Shown: positions 26,531-40,019 of the stretch, piece by piece
Numbering within the stretch: the first letter of the stretch is position 1
How the letters are laid out: each line of letters begins with the position of its first letter
Origin: Octopus sinensis
Lineage: Eukaryota
Assembly (NCBI RefSeq): GCF_006345805.1
Contig: NC_043002.1
Coordinates: forward strand, 97,898,001 to 97,962,000
Reading direction: 5' to 3'
Length of the DNA: 64,000 nucleotides
Translations under genes and position numbers: made by a program
The notes under the pieces: generated by a model
Seen by the model: the letters and a program-made list of their open reading frames with translations, nothing else
What the model was told of the DNA's origin: nothing
Database searches by the model: none

Positions 26531-26836
26531 AAATTATAATATTGTTTGCCGATTCTAAATCTCTGATATTTAAAGCATAAAAACCAACAGGTCATTAAAA
26601 AAAAAAGATACCTAATAAAAGATATAAAAAAGTAGGAGAAGGGGTGGTGGCCAAAAATTCATACTAAAACAAATGTGCCGAAAAATTAAATACGAGCATT
26701 AAACTGCGAAATATTCAATCAACTGTGAATTTTCCGGAGAAAATTGGTTTTGTGCCTAGTCAAAAGAAAGAAATTATTATCGTAATATTTGTTATATTAC
26801 GGAACCATTCTTCCTTTTCTTCTTCTTCTTCTTCTT

Positions 26837-26868
<32 letters not shown>

Positions 26869-27206
26869 TGACTCTCCCCCCAAATCTTCATATATGTATG
26901 AGTTTACGTATAAATGTGTCTATATACACGTAACAGATTATTCCACGATGCTTTAAAAAAAAGGGCCTCCTATGGTGGAAGTTAGTCATGCGTATTCATG
27001 AGTGTATTTTGAAAATATAATTTCCACACGTTCATCTGTCTGCCCGTCTGTCTGTCTGTCCGTCTGTCCGTACGTCCGTCCGTTTGTCTGTCTATTTTTC
27101 TGTGATATATGATGTATGTACATATATACATAATGGACACATGCGTAGTTATATATATATGTATGAATATATGTATGTATGTGCTTGTATGTGTTTGTCC
27201 ATGAGT

Positions 27207-27253
<47 letters not shown>

Positions 27254-27743
27254 TGTTTGTGCGCGATTTTTGTGTGTATAAACATATAATCCAACATGGA
27301 AAATCAAATTCTCAATTCTAGAAATGATTTTTTTTTTCTCAAGAAGTACTAACAACTGTCACCAGGTTTGTGTTTGTCTCCAGCTTAGAAAAGCTTTTAT
27401 ATGCGTCATTCAATCAGAACATCAAGGTTTCGATATCTGAACCGTGATAGGTGGGGGGAACGTAGTGTTCCCGAACAAGGCAGTTCATTTCCCGTTGCTC
27501 CTCCATACGTCTCAGCTGAACCGAATAGCAACCAAAGTGAGCTGTATCCCTCTCAATCTCTCATTTCAGTGGTGATATCCTGATTATTCTGTGCGTGCGT
27601 GTGTATATATATATGCATACACATATATCTATGTATCTATACACATGTATGTATGTAGTATGCATGTGTGTGCTTATGAATGTGTGTGTGTGCGCGTCTA
27701 TATACGGATGTATGCATGAATGTATACACACACACACACACAT

Positions 27744-27781
<38 letters not shown>

Positions 27782-27994
27782 GGAATTGAATAATGGGAAG
27801 CAGTTAAACCGGCTCTATGCCAGCAACAAACCTCATAAGTAGTTTTCATAAAAGGGCTAAAAATAATTAAATAATTAAATAATTAATAAACTAATTAAGA
27901 AGATATATCCTTGACATAAGATATTAAAATTCATGATATTTAGTATCCACAGTATCATTCCCTACTTGCTTGTATATGTAATGTATATCTAGTG

Positions 27995-28140
27995 TATTAA
28001 CGCAGGCCTGGTTTTGTGGTAAGAAGCTTGCTTTCCAAACAACATGGTTCAGTGTTCAGTCCCACTGCGTGACACCTTGGGTAAGTGCCTTCTACTATAA
28101 TCACGGGTGAACCAAAGCCTTGTGAGTGGATTTCTATGGT
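27995..28140 (+). mobile_element. Family C SINE, 5' fragment
   Basis: gtggtaagaagcttgc...gttcagtcccactgcgtgacaccttgggtaagtgccttct. Confidence 0.65.
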
Positions 28141-28149
28141 AAATATATA

Positions 28150-29049
28150 CGATGGTGTACCCCCAAAAAACTTGAATTTTGCAATATTATTTTATTCACT
28201 AAGTTTTATATATTTACACTTTAATCGCCTTCAAAGTATTCTCTATTTGAAGCAACGCATGGGTCCAGGTGCATTTTCCCCTATTTGAAACAGTGCTGGA
28301 ACTCTTGTGAAGTGATGTATTTTAACACCACCGTTTTTTTTCTTCACCTTTTCCATATCTGCGAATTCCGTAGCACCATCTTTCTTCACCAGCGACGACC
28401 TTCTCAAAAAGGTCCGGATCAACTTCCAACTGTTCTTTCAGTTCAAAACACGCATTCGGCCTTGACTGCTTTTGATCTTCCGTGAGCAAGCGAGACACAA
28501 ATTTTGCTGCAACTCTTTTCATTCGCAATTCCTCGCTCAAATGTCGTTGGCAGGAGCTCCAGGACTCACCGGTCATATCAAGTTCGCCAATTGTTCGGTG
28601 ATGCTCCTCCGATAACATTTCAAGAATCTTCATGTTTTCATTCGTTCAGGAGGCCGACGGTCGCCCCGAACGAGGTTAGTCTTCAAGCAACAAGTAACTA
28701 TTCTTAAAGCGTGGAAACCTGACGTAAGCTTGTGTTTTTTGCTCATGGCAGCATCCTTGTAAGGTGTTTGAAGCATTACAACTGTTTCGGACGCCGTTTT
28801 CCCCGGGAGAAAACAGAATTTCACGGAAGCACGCTGTTTCTTCGTTTCAGCCATCGCAAAAATCGACGAACATAGGAGAAGTACTGCTAAACAAAGACGC
28901 ACCACGTGGCTGTACGACCCCACCCAACAACGCCGATCAGCAGACTGATGCCTCAGAGTAGCATCAAGTAGTTTCTAGTCGCGTAAGCCTGAACTACAAC
29001 GGCTTTGTCTCACAGAGAACGTTTCCTGTTACTTTTGGGTACACTCTCG
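28150..29049 (-). mobile_element. Internally deleted mariner transposon (~900 bp)
   Basis: TIRs cgatggtgtacccccaaaa / ttttgggtacactctcg, TA on both sides. Transposase remnants: MAETKKQRASVKFCFLPGKTASET, RVAAKFVSRLLTEDQK (WVPxxL-type motif), VAGEERWCY (first catalytic motif, degenerate). The catalytic middle is deleted. Confidence 0.88.
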
Positions 29050-29096
29050 TATACTGATAGTCTAGGTTTAGACGAGCCGGTCAGTGATGGAGTGGC

Positions 29097-29141
29097 CACT
29101 GCTGACGAGTCTGCAATTTTACAGACGAAACTAGTCTAGTG
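29097..29141 (+). ncRNA. Minimal type I hammerhead ribozyme with intact core
   Basis: Stem I cactg/tagtg, core CTGACGA (29102-29108), stem II gtctg/cagac with 8-nt loop, GAAA, palindromic stem III ACTAGT, GUC cleavage after 29136. Confidence 0.85.
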
Positions 29142-29333
29142 ATCTAGCTTCGCTTATGGGGTGATTACCTCCCCTGTCATTATATGAAAATGTACTTCCT
29201 TGTAGTTCTAAAGGTTTTATTTTTTATTTCTAACAATATAGGTGCTACCCAACACCCTCAGTCTCATTTAGTGACGAATACACATACATACATAAATACA
29301 TACATAATACACTGACAAATATATATATATATA

Positions 29334-29372
<39 letters not shown>

Positions 29373-29375
29373 TAT

Positions 29376-29545
29376 AAAATAATATGTTACATTTACTCAA
29401 GAGTTTCAGATGCCGAAGTGGAAATCCACAACACTCAGAGGTTTTATCATGACTATTGAGTAAATGTAACATATTATTTTATAGATAAATTTCCTCTATT
29501 TACATAATATTGAGGTCTCTTTCTTTCTTTTGTTATCTTACCGTT
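29376..29545. repeat. Short Penelope-like terminal fragment with 25-bp inverted repeat
   Basis: aaaataatatgttacatttactcaa (29376-29400) inverts to 29456-29480. The minus strand carries GAAAC-TC-TT-GA-GTA (HHR 3' half). Confidence 0.5.
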
Positions 29546-29549
29546 TTTA

Positions 29550-29620
<71 letters not shown>

Positions 29621-29741
29621 AGGATAAAATCATTAATTTAAATCAATAACGATCTTATCAAGTGGCCAGCATGGAAATAACAACCTTCAAAGTTAATAAT
29701 TATTATAACTTAGGATATCTCGTAGATTCCCTAAGTTATAA

Positions 29742-29779
<38 letters not shown>

Positions 29780-32495
29780 CCGTAAAAAAATATTTATTTA
29801 ACCACTTCTTATCCTTAGGGCCATGGCCGTTTCACAGCCTGCTTAATGAAACAAAAGTGTAATGTACAATAATTTATGTTTACCTGTCTGCAATAATAAG
29901 CATGCTATGAATTATGCAATACAATTAAATATTCACAAACCAATGCAGATAATGAAAGCCACATCATCAGACCACCAGAATATTAGAGTTGCACCAGGGC
30001 TTCAGATCTTTTGTACACATACAAAATTTTCTCTCTACGCTGTTTGGGAGACCGAAAGTAGATAAAATTAGTTTGGTATGGTCAGTAAAAATAATGATAT
30101 GTCCTTTCATACCATTTAAGTGATGGTTCTAATTTCAGGGAGTTAACTAGCATTAACGTTTACCAAAAACAGGAAGGGATAATGAGAGAAAGTAAAGCAG
30201 TTATGGTAAATATAAAATAGTCTTAAAAAGTATATAAAGGTACATATATAAAATATATGATGTAAATGTACTGACTAGGGAACTGACAACTGGAGACATA
30301 AAATTAAAACAAGAGACAGTACCGTCTGCTATGATCTATGTGACCAGATGAGAGGATCTCTTAAGGCTAACAACGCAGTATTTGGTGTTCTAAGCAGACA
30401 CCCATGTTAAGTTGGATATAAAGATTACGTTTTCGTATTAATACTGCTTCTGTCGCAAATAATTAATTAAAAAAAAAACCTGCTGGCTACTTGCGACGTT
30501 ATCGTCTGAAAAGCTGGTGATGTTTTATATATTGTAAAAGCGAGATTTGACTAGCATTTAGGGACCGGAAGCCCCACAACTAATGATTTCCAGTAAAATG
30601 AAGTCACGTGATCTGGGAGTTCCGAAGCCCGTAACAGGCGATTCTCGTCTGTTACTATCAATGTGTATGATTTTATGCACCGAGCACCTATAAGGGAAGA
30701 TATCTTAAGGCTAATAACGCAACATATATATGTGTGTATGTATGTGTATATGTTTTGTTACGTGTGTGTGTGTGTGACTTTATATAGATCTATACATACA
30801 TACATACATACATACATACATACATACATGTATGTATTGTATTGCATCACTCTCTCCCTCTCTCCCTCTCTCTCTCTTTCTCTCTTTCAACCTATCTATC
30901 TACCTATAAATATATATCTACCTATATATATATATATGACAAGGGAATGAAAATTAGGTTGTCAAATGTATTGGCTTGAAGCTGTTTCTGCTATAGCAAC
31001 GTGCTCATTCAAAAGCAGCGTGCTCATTCAAATGCTTTCCGAAGCAAACATACATTATTTTAATGACACCGAGAAAGCTATAAGATGTTGCACAAGCACT
31101 CAACTCTGAGTCCACTACTTCACATGGCAGCAGCAGCAGTAGGCAAATAAAGCTGATTACATAATTCCTGTTCTCTTGCCATTCAATACATTATATTATG
31201 CTCTGTACTCGCCTATTGCTTTTTCTGGAGCATTTGTATATTGAGTTCCAGCAACTGGTTATTAATATCACATGACTAAGCGAATTCATTGCATATATAT
31301 ATATAAATGTGCGTATGCATTTGTAGAAGTATATATGTGTGCGTGCGTTTGTGTGTGTGTATGTACATACGTGTGTGTGTGTGTGTGTGCGTGTGTGTGT
31401 GTGTGTAAAGTATTCAAAAATATAATTAAAATATGCTTAGAAAACTCTATCATGGAAAACAAAAAGAAAAAAATGTATCGGTTTCGGTCGTTTAAGACGA
31501 TCTCTTCATGCTGGAATGAAACGAAAAGAAAAAAATTGAAATAAATTAAATTAAACTTTCATAATAATCATCATTTCTGGAAATTCATATACTTTTCTTT
31601 TAAAATATATCTTATGGTACTTTATTTCGTGAAGGACATGAAATACAGTACCAAGTGAAATAAATATTGCGAATAGTTAATGTATTAATTCACAGACATA
31701 TTATCTTCCCCTTAATTTGGCTGCTTACTTTTTAAAGTTATTTTTGTTCTTTTATAAAACAAGTTGTGTTGATTGTTGAAGACACCGTGCCCACCAAGCT
31801 GCCTCCCGGTATTCTGTTCTATATCTACATTTACATTCTGAGTTCAAATCTTGCTAATGTCGGCATTGTCTCCGAGGAAGACTTGTCAAATTACCAGCAT
31901 CGTTTTGCACATGCGATATAATAATACCACGCAGTGTTTGTTTCGACTGTGTGTGATGCTGTCGCATCGAAGGATTTGCCTTTTCGGGCTGGATAAAAAA
32001 AAAACATCAATTTAGGACGATGCTTTGGTGGAAATGTAAACACGTTAGACCAGTTGCCTTGCGATACTTGTTCCAGCTTTTTGGGTTCTGAGTCCAATTC
32101 TGTGGTGATTAGATGACTTAATTCGTTGCCCCGTATAACACTACCACCTGATACATTTAATGCCTTTAGCGGAGTCCACTCTGTTGCAAGCACCCAAGCC
32201 AATTCTTCATTTTTATGATATCTTCCTCCCTCTTTCCTACCAGGCTCGGTGGCCTTGTAAAGGGGTCGTGGGCACTACCATACTCCTGACCGTTTGAATA
32301 AAAAAATAAAAAAACGGAAGCGTATCGGATGCAATGCTTTAGAGTACTTAGTTGCTTCCCCTCACGTTGTAAGTTCAAATTTCTCTGAGGTTGAAATTGC
32401 TTGCTATCATTTCGAGAACAATAAATTAAACACCAAATCGAGCGCTAATATCAATATCAAATAAAATTATTAATATACTATTAGTTAATTGTATC

Positions 32496-32729
32496 TATTT
32501 CTTTATTACCCACAAGGGGCTAAACATAGAGGGGACAAACAAGGACAGACATAGGTATTAAGTCGATTATATCGACCCCAGTGCGTAACTGGTACTTAAT
32601 TTATCGACCCCGAAAGGATGAAAGGCAAAGTCGACCTCGGCGGAATTTGAACTCAGAACGTAACTGCAGACGAAATACCGCTAAGCATTTTGCCCGGCGT
32701 GCTAACGATTCTGCCATCTTGCCGCCCTC
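32496..32729 (-). mobile_element. Family B SINE, full length, 15-bp TSD
   Basis: TSD ttagttaattgtatc at 32481-32495 and 32730-32744. Confidence 0.92.
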
Positions 32730-32789
32730 TTAGTTAATTGTATCGATTATACTACTCACTTATAAATGCGTGACTATGCTCGCATGTAG

Positions 32790-33035
32790 AGGAGGAGCTT
32801 GGCTTTGTGGTTAGTGGACTCATGATCATAAGAGTGTGGTTTCGATTCCTGAACCGGTCACTGCATTATGTTTTGGGGCAAAATACTTCATTTCACTTTA
32901 CTCCAGTATACTGATTTATCAAAAATGAGTAATCTTGCGACGGACCCGTATCCCATCCAGGGGTGCAATATATGCGCCACCGAAACCGAGAAACCGGTTT
33001 CATTAGTCTATATGACTCAAGAAAGAGTTTTATCC
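32790..33035 (+). mobile_element. Diverged family A-related SINE
   Basis: ttggctttgtggttagtggactcatgatcataagagtgtggtttcgattcctg...ggggcaaaatacttcatttcac. Confidence 0.55.
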
Positions 33036-33181
33036 TTTAATCCATATGCTCCCATGTGAAATATCCTTAACAATAGAATTTGTACGAAACTATTTGCATT
33101 TCATTCCATCTATTTTTATTGCATTCTTCTAGTGAAAAAAGAAGACGTTTGGCGGGAAATCTACTTTCTGGCAAGCATCTG

Positions 33182-33223
<42 letters not shown>

Positions 33224-33734
33224 GTATGTATGTATGTATGAATGTATGTACGTACGTACGTATGTATGTATGTATGTGTGTATGTATGTATGTATGTATG
33301 TATGTATGTGTGTATGTATGTATGTATGTATGTATTTCTGTGCCGATACAGTGTTTGTATATGTGTATATATTAGTTTACGTTTGAAATAACGTATCTAC
33401 GTGTACAAAGGCATGTGTGTTGTAAAAGTGCAAATAAATGCTTTTCTTAAAGTAGCATAGAGGGAAATGAAGTCCTTGACTTGGAACGAAATGTCTGGAA
33501 GAAAACTGAAATAAATTCCAACCGGAAGTGATGTGAGTAAAGGAGAAAGAAGGCTCGTAGAATGGAAAATGAAAATATCAGATGATATTGGAAGAATAGA
33601 CTTTAAGGAGATAGTAATGAAGACTGAAGAGGAACTAATTTCGAGCGTAGGCGGAGAGGCAGATGGAGAAAATATCAGAGAAAGTAAAATCGCTTAGTTG
33701 GATAGAGAATCATTGTGTGTGTATGTGTGTGTGT

Positions 33735-33766
<32 letters not shown>

Positions 33767-34626
33767 AGAGAGAGAGTGAGAGAAAGAGGGTGAGAGAGAG
33801 AGTGAGAGAAAGAAGGTGTGAGGATATTAATGAGTAAGAAGAGAACGAAGGATTGGGATAGAAGCAAGAAATAAGGGATTGAGACAGAGAGAAAGGTAAA
33901 GAGAAGTAGAAGGTGAGAGAGTGAGTGAACAACAAATAGAAGCGATGAGAGAGCCAGAAAAATATGGAAAGAAAGACATGCGAAAAGGAATAAAATGTAA
34001 TGAAAGGATGAGAATAGAAAGATAAGAGAATGAAAACCAAAGCGAGGCGGCGGATAATTATGGGAAGAATTGAAAGGAAGCGAAGTAACAAGATGGCGGA
34101 AGGAAATAAATGTGTGTGGATAGAAATAGAGAAAGGAGGTGGATGAGAAGGTGAGAGATAAACTAGTGATTTGAAACAAAATGTGCGATGATAGTGAAGG
34201 AATAGAGAAAATGAAAACTAAGAAAAAGAAATGCAGAGAAGGGAGATAAATGGTGAGGAAAAACGTACACTAAATAGGAAACTGTGACGGAGTATTCCCT
34301 AAACATGGTCATGGAAAAAAAAAACATATTTTTAATTCTTAAGTCATCTTTGCGGTATCTAAATGATTTTAGCCTTCAAACCACCACAAAGTCCCATCCT
34401 TGTTGCGGTGTGGTGGCTTGTATGCCCCAGTAATCCTGACTACTATGTCAGACAGAGGCCAGACTGATATGGACTACCTCTTCACAGAGATGAAAATTGG
34501 TGAGTATAGGATCAACAAGCCGACCAAAAAAAAAAAAATAAATAAAGCAAAGTTCGATGACAATTGAAAAAAACCCAACGACGTATGAGAACTTTTTATT
34601 CTCTTCTTTATAAATAGTGTATCATA

Positions 34627-35025
34627 GGCGCAGGAGTGGCTGTGTGGTAAGTAGCTTGCTACCAACCACATGGTTCCGGGTTCAGTCCCACTGCGTGGCA
34701 CCTTGGGCAAGTGTCTTCTGCTATAGCCCCGGGCCGACCAATGCCTTGTGAGTGGATTTGGTAGACGGAAACTGAAAGAAGCCCGTCGTATATATGTATA
34801 TATGTATGTGTGTGCGTGTATGTTTGTGTATCTGTGTTGGTCCCCCTAGCATTGCTTGACAACCGATGCTGGTGTGTTTACGTCCCCGTTACTTAGCGGT
34901 TCGGCATAAGAGACCGATAGAATAAGTACTGGGCTTACAAAAGAATAAGTCCCGGGGTCGAGTTGCTCGATTAAAGGCGGTGCTCCAGCACGGCCGCAGT
35001 CAAATGACTGAAACAAGTAAAAGAA
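34627..35025 (+). mobile_element. Family C SINE, full length
   Basis: ggcgcaggagtggctgtgtgg ... ctccagcacggccgcagtcaaatgactgaaacaagtaaaag. Confidence 0.9.
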
Positions 35026-35176
35026 TATAAAGAAAAGAAAGAATATACCTATTATGCAACTTATTTATATTTTAAGTTTATACACGGCTAGTGAAATGAA
35101 GATAAAAATGGTTTTATTTCTGATGAAATTTAACTGTGTGAAAGCGCAAGCAGGAGAGAGAGAGAGAGAGAGAGGG

Positions 35177-35215
<39 letters not shown>

Positions 35216-35674
35216 TGCGATAGTTCAGAAAGCTGGTATCCCGGAATTACTGAGGAAACATCACGATTGCTTAGGTGGTGTGCACTTTCATCCAGCATAC
35301 TGAAGTAAGGAATAAAGACCTTCTAGTTATTTGGCTCGGCTTCGTAAATTCTTGCAAATGACATGAGGGGCAACAACACCAATAAACGGCTAATGAAATT
35401 TCGAATAAGCACACAAAACTAAGGCGGGCGAGAATTCAAAAGGGATACATATATATAAGTTCAGCAAAATTTAGATTCAAAGAATATGGTACTTAAGTTA
35501 GATGCACCAGAATTTTGTATGGTGTTATCCATATAAATCCATGGGGTGATTATAATCAAAATAAGCAACAAGAATATCTTCGGTAATTTGGTACGATCGT
35601 TTCACGCTACATCATTTAATTAAACACTGTAAGTATTATTATGAAAATATGTATTAATGGAAAACCTCTAAAAA

Positions 35675-35760
35675 TTGGCTGATGATTGCTCGACATTTTA
35701 AAACTGTTGTAATACTTACAATGTTTAATAAAATGATGTAGCGTGAAACGATCGTACCAA
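35675..35760 (+). ncRNA. Type I hammerhead with long stem II
   Basis: Stem I ttgg/ccaa, core CTGATGA (35679-35685), ~60-nt foldable stem II, GAAA (35745-35748), palindromic ACGATCGT, GUA cleavage after 35756. U-U mismatch at the base of stem II. Confidence 0.65.
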
Positions 35761-35761
35761 A

Positions 35762-35800
35762 TTACCGAAGACATGCTTAGGGCTCGAAATCATGATTTAA
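35762..35800 (+). ncRNA. Second, degenerate hammerhead in tandem
   Basis: Stem I tta/taa, core CCGAAGA, damaged stem II (catgcttagggctc), GAAA, palindrome ATCATGAT, AUU triplet. Confidence 0.45.
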
Positions 35801-36127
35801 ATATATCCAACTCTTCATTCTAAAGTTTTGTCCTGTGATATTTCTGAGGAATTGTTACTCACTAGCCCGATTTCTGTTGGTCTGTTGCATATTTCAGTGT
35901 AATCCGGGTGTTTACTTGAACATTTAGCTTCTCCCACGAGCACGTAGGCCCATTATGCGCCGTCTATTGTGATTATGCTTTATTATTATTATAAATTTTT
36001 ATTCTCTAGCTACTATTACATGCTACCATCTGTCGTTTTGCTGTTATTATCTATTATTTAAAATTATCGCTGATAATAATAACAATAATAATATCTTTAC
36101 GGATATTCATTTGAATATTTACTCCTT

Positions 36128-36165
<38 letters not shown>

Positions 36166-36656
36166 GATATATATATATATATATGTATTTATATATAATA
36201 CGCACACATATATACACAATGTTTAAGTTGCCAACAAATTTACATTTGTGCGTATAGTGAACATACATGTAGCCTCGTTGTGCAAATATATCCCATGGTT
36301 AAATCACATGGTTCTCTCTGCAGGAAGGACGAATCGACTAGTTTCAAGCTTGTTATGAGTGTTTATTTTATCGGATTTAAAGATGAATTTAGAGAGACAG
36401 AGAACTTACGGAAAAGGTGTTGAACAGCAGGCAGTGCTTTTGCATATACACATATGTACATACATATATAAATACATACATACATAGATGTATATGTATA
36501 GGTATTTCTTTCTTCCCCACACTTTCTTTCTCTCCCTCTTTCTCTCTCTCTCTACACACACACATATATATATATATATATGTACGCACACACACACACA
36601 GACATAAGTATGTATATATATGTATTTATATATGTATAGATATGTATATATATATA

Positions 36657-36708
<52 letters not shown>

Positions 36709-36737
36709 GTATATGTATGTATGTATGTACGTGTGTG

Positions 36738-36769
<32 letters not shown>

Positions 36770-36783
36770 ATATATTATATATA

Positions 36784-36945
36784 GGCGTAGGAGTGGTGTG
36801 GTAACAAGCATACTTCTGAACTACATGATCCGGGGTTTAGTCTCACTGCGTGGCAGCTTGGGCAAGTGTCCACTATAATAACTTCCGGCCGACCAAAGAC
36901 TTGTTAGTAGATTTAGTAGACGGAAACTGAAGGAAACCTGTCGTA
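36784..36945 (+). mobile_element. Family C SINE, 5' part
   Basis: ggcgtaggagtggtgtggtaac...cttgggcaagtgtcc...gtagacggaaactgaagg. Confidence 0.7.
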
Positions 36946-36946
36946 T

Positions 36947-36978
<32 letters not shown>

Positions 36979-37197
36979 CAATAATATAGGGTGAAATTAA
37001 TTAATTAGTTTAGAAATAATCATTAATTTCACCAAGTAGAGTTCGGCATGTAAAAGACCCATTCAAGGAAGGTTTAAATAATACTAATTAATTAAGGGTT
37101 CAGCAAGTAGAAAGAAAGGCCAAAACTTTTTGACTGCTATTTCTAAATTCGGTATGTGGTGAGGCAAATCGTTGCTGAACCCTTAATTAATTAGTAT
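36979..37197. repeat. TA-flanked repeat with internal 26-bp inverted repeat; related to 47185-47450
   Basis: atactaattaattaagggttcagcaa / ttgctgaacccttaattaattagtat. Shares caataat...gggt...aatttcaccaagtag...accattcaagg with 47185. Confidence 0.55.
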
Positions 37198-37200
37198 ATG

Positions 37201-37254
<54 letters not shown>

Positions 37255-37260
<6 letters not shown>

Positions 37261-37445
37261 GTCTCCTACTACCGTTTACAACTGGTGCTGGTGTTTTTAC
37301 GTCCCCGTAACTAAGCGATTCGGCACATGTGTCCCATAGAATAAGTGCCATAAAAAAAAATTAATTAGGTCGATTCATTTTACTAAGGTTCTTCAAGACG
37401 GTGCCACAGCATGGACGCAGTCAAATGATTGAAACAAGTAAAAAA
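37255..37445 (+). mobile_element. Family C SINE, 3' part
   Basis: ctggtgtttttacgtccccgtaactaagcgattcggc...gcatggacgcagtcaaatgattgaaacaagtaaaa. Confidence 0.7.
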
Positions 37446-37777
37446 ATAGAAGAATAAAAAAAAAGCACTTATATAAATGTAATATTTGCAGACAGCAAGA
37501 AATGTGGTTAAATTCTTTTCAGGAAAGAAAGAAAAAGAAATTAACTGAAGCCATTCCCGATAGGTATCAATACTCGTGCAAAAATCGAAACATCTTCGCG
37601 ATTTTGATTGGCTGAGAATGACCACTATACGTATTCTGTCTGTCTGTGTCTATCTGTCTGTCTGTCTGTCTGTCGGCCACTCTCTCTCTCTCTCTCTCTC
37701 TTACGTTTCGCCCTTTCATTGACATGCATGTTACATAGGCACCTGTACATTTAAGTTATCGTATATGTTCATACTAA

Positions 37778-38009
37778 AGGCAGAGAGCTGGCAGAAACGT
37801 TAGCACGCCGGGCGAAATGCTTAGCGGTATTTCGTCTACGTTACCTTCTGAGTTCAAATTCCGTCGAGGTCGACTTTGCCTTTCATCCTTTCGGGGTCGA
37901 TAAATTAAGTACCAGTTACGCACTGGGGTCGATATAATCGACTTAATCAGTTTGTATGTCCTTGTTTGTCCCCTCTATGTTTAGCCCCTTGTGGGTAATA
38001 AAGAAATAG
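37778..38009 (+). mobile_element. Family B SINE, full length, 17-bp TSD
   Basis: TSD gtatatgttcatactaa at 37761-37777 and 38010-38026. Confidence 0.92.
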
Positions 38010-38844
38010 GTATATGTTCATACTAACGACTAACCGTAATGTTCAAGTCTCACGTATGTGAGATGTTGGTAAAATTTGAAAGTAGATTCTGCTAGACAGA
38101 AGAACTGAGGTAAGAATAATTTAGTGGAGAAAAAAAAAACGCGATAGCAAAGGAATGGGATTTAAATGCGTAATTTGGCTGCGGGTGAGGTATGTAAATG
38201 ACGTTAGAAAGCAGGTGAAAAACAAACCGGAAGTTGAAACTTCAAGTTATAGATAATGTAAGAAAGAAGCTCTTCCGCATACACACACACACTCACACAC
38301 ACAGCACGCGTGCGCGCGCACTCACACATGTATGTATAAATATGCATTTATCTATCTATCTCCCTACACACGCACACAACACACACACACACACACTCAC
38401 ACTTACATGTTTATTTATATATATATTTATGTGTAGGTGTGTATGTGTGTGTGTTTGTGTGTGTGTGTGCGAAGGTGTATGCCTCGGTGGTTAGAGTGTC
38501 GGGTTCACAATCATGAGGTAGTAAGTTCGATCTCCTGGAAAATATGGTAGGGAAATATAACTGAGAGAAGAATGAAAACATTTGGAAATGGTACAAGAGT
38601 TCTATAAACGTAAAAGTAAAGTTGTTGGTTTGCGACGTCAAGAGTAAGTGTTGGGTTATGATTATAAGATGATGATTTGGAGTATGATGGTAAGGGTAAG
38701 ATGCAGGTTATGATGCTGAGAGGGTCGAGTGGGAAATTAGTAATATAATTCGTGGACGGAGACATGTCTGAAATTAATGACGTAAGTCTTAGGATTTAGT
38801 GATGTCATTCGTAAAAGTGTGAAATTAGGGATCCAACCGAATGC

Positions 38845-39245
38845 AGAACTGATGATGATGACAATGATGATGATGATGATGAGGTCAACGATGATGATGA
38901 CGACAGCGATGATGACAACGACGATGATGGCAATGAAGATGGTGGTGAGTGTGATAATAACAATGAGGACGGCATCGACGGTGATGATGTTGGTGATGAT
39001 GATGATGATGATGGTGATGATGACGATGATGATGATGACGGTAGTGGTGATGATGATGATGATGATGATGACGATGTTCATGGTTATGATGACGATGGTT
39101 ATAATGACGATGTAGTGGTGATGCTGATGATGGTGATCATGACAACGGAAATGATGACGACGACGACGATGATGATAATGATAATGATGACAGCGACGAC
39201 AACAATGATGATGATGATGATGACGATGATCATGGTCATGAAGAA
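38845..39245. repeat. Imperfect (GAT/GAC)n trinucleotide repeat
   Basis: Direct reading of the sequence. Confidence 0.9.
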
Positions 39246-40019
39246 AAAGAATAAGAAAATGATTATAATGGTGAAGTCGCTGGAAACGAAATTAGAGATA
39301 TAAAACAATAATAGACAGAAATATGAATACTTGAACTTCGACAACAAGTCTGGACTGTGGTGAGTGAGAACCCCTGGATCAGGCGCCAAGCCTCCATACA
39401 AAAAAAAAATAATCCTGGTACCTATTAACTACTATTTTCTAAGTTGAGAGAATTCAGAAATTCAGATGCCTTGTTTCACAAGATAAAGAAATGCTAGTCT
39501 CGGATATGATCTCATTACTATTAAGATATGCGAATAAATCAGGAAGCTAACAGAACTGTTAACATGCCGGACAAAATGCCATGCAGTATTTCGTTCGTCG
39601 TTACGTTCTGAGCTCAAATTCCACCGAGGTCGTTAAATTCGCACTTTGACATCAGCATTCAGGCCAAATCTCCAGTCTGAGGATAACTTCCCCCATTTTT
39701 GTCCCTACCAGTATCTGAAGCTCTGAGAAAGAAAATCAAAAGTCAAAGAGGTTGCCCATTCGTCTCAGATCAAATGATAAACAAAGAACAGTTTTAATAG
39801 ATTGGCTGGTAATAGTAACTGTAGTGTGATCTTATTGTTTTCTATATTAAACGGAGTGAATCACTAAAATCCGAGAAGTTTGAATCAATCTTACAAGTTA
39901 ACGAAACCGGAGTTTATTCAGATTTTCAAGGCATTTAGACGGAGATTAAAATACTTCCTCAATTTCCTCACTTAAGCCGGACACCAGAGCATCGCAGTGT
40001 TAACCCCAGGTGCTACTGT

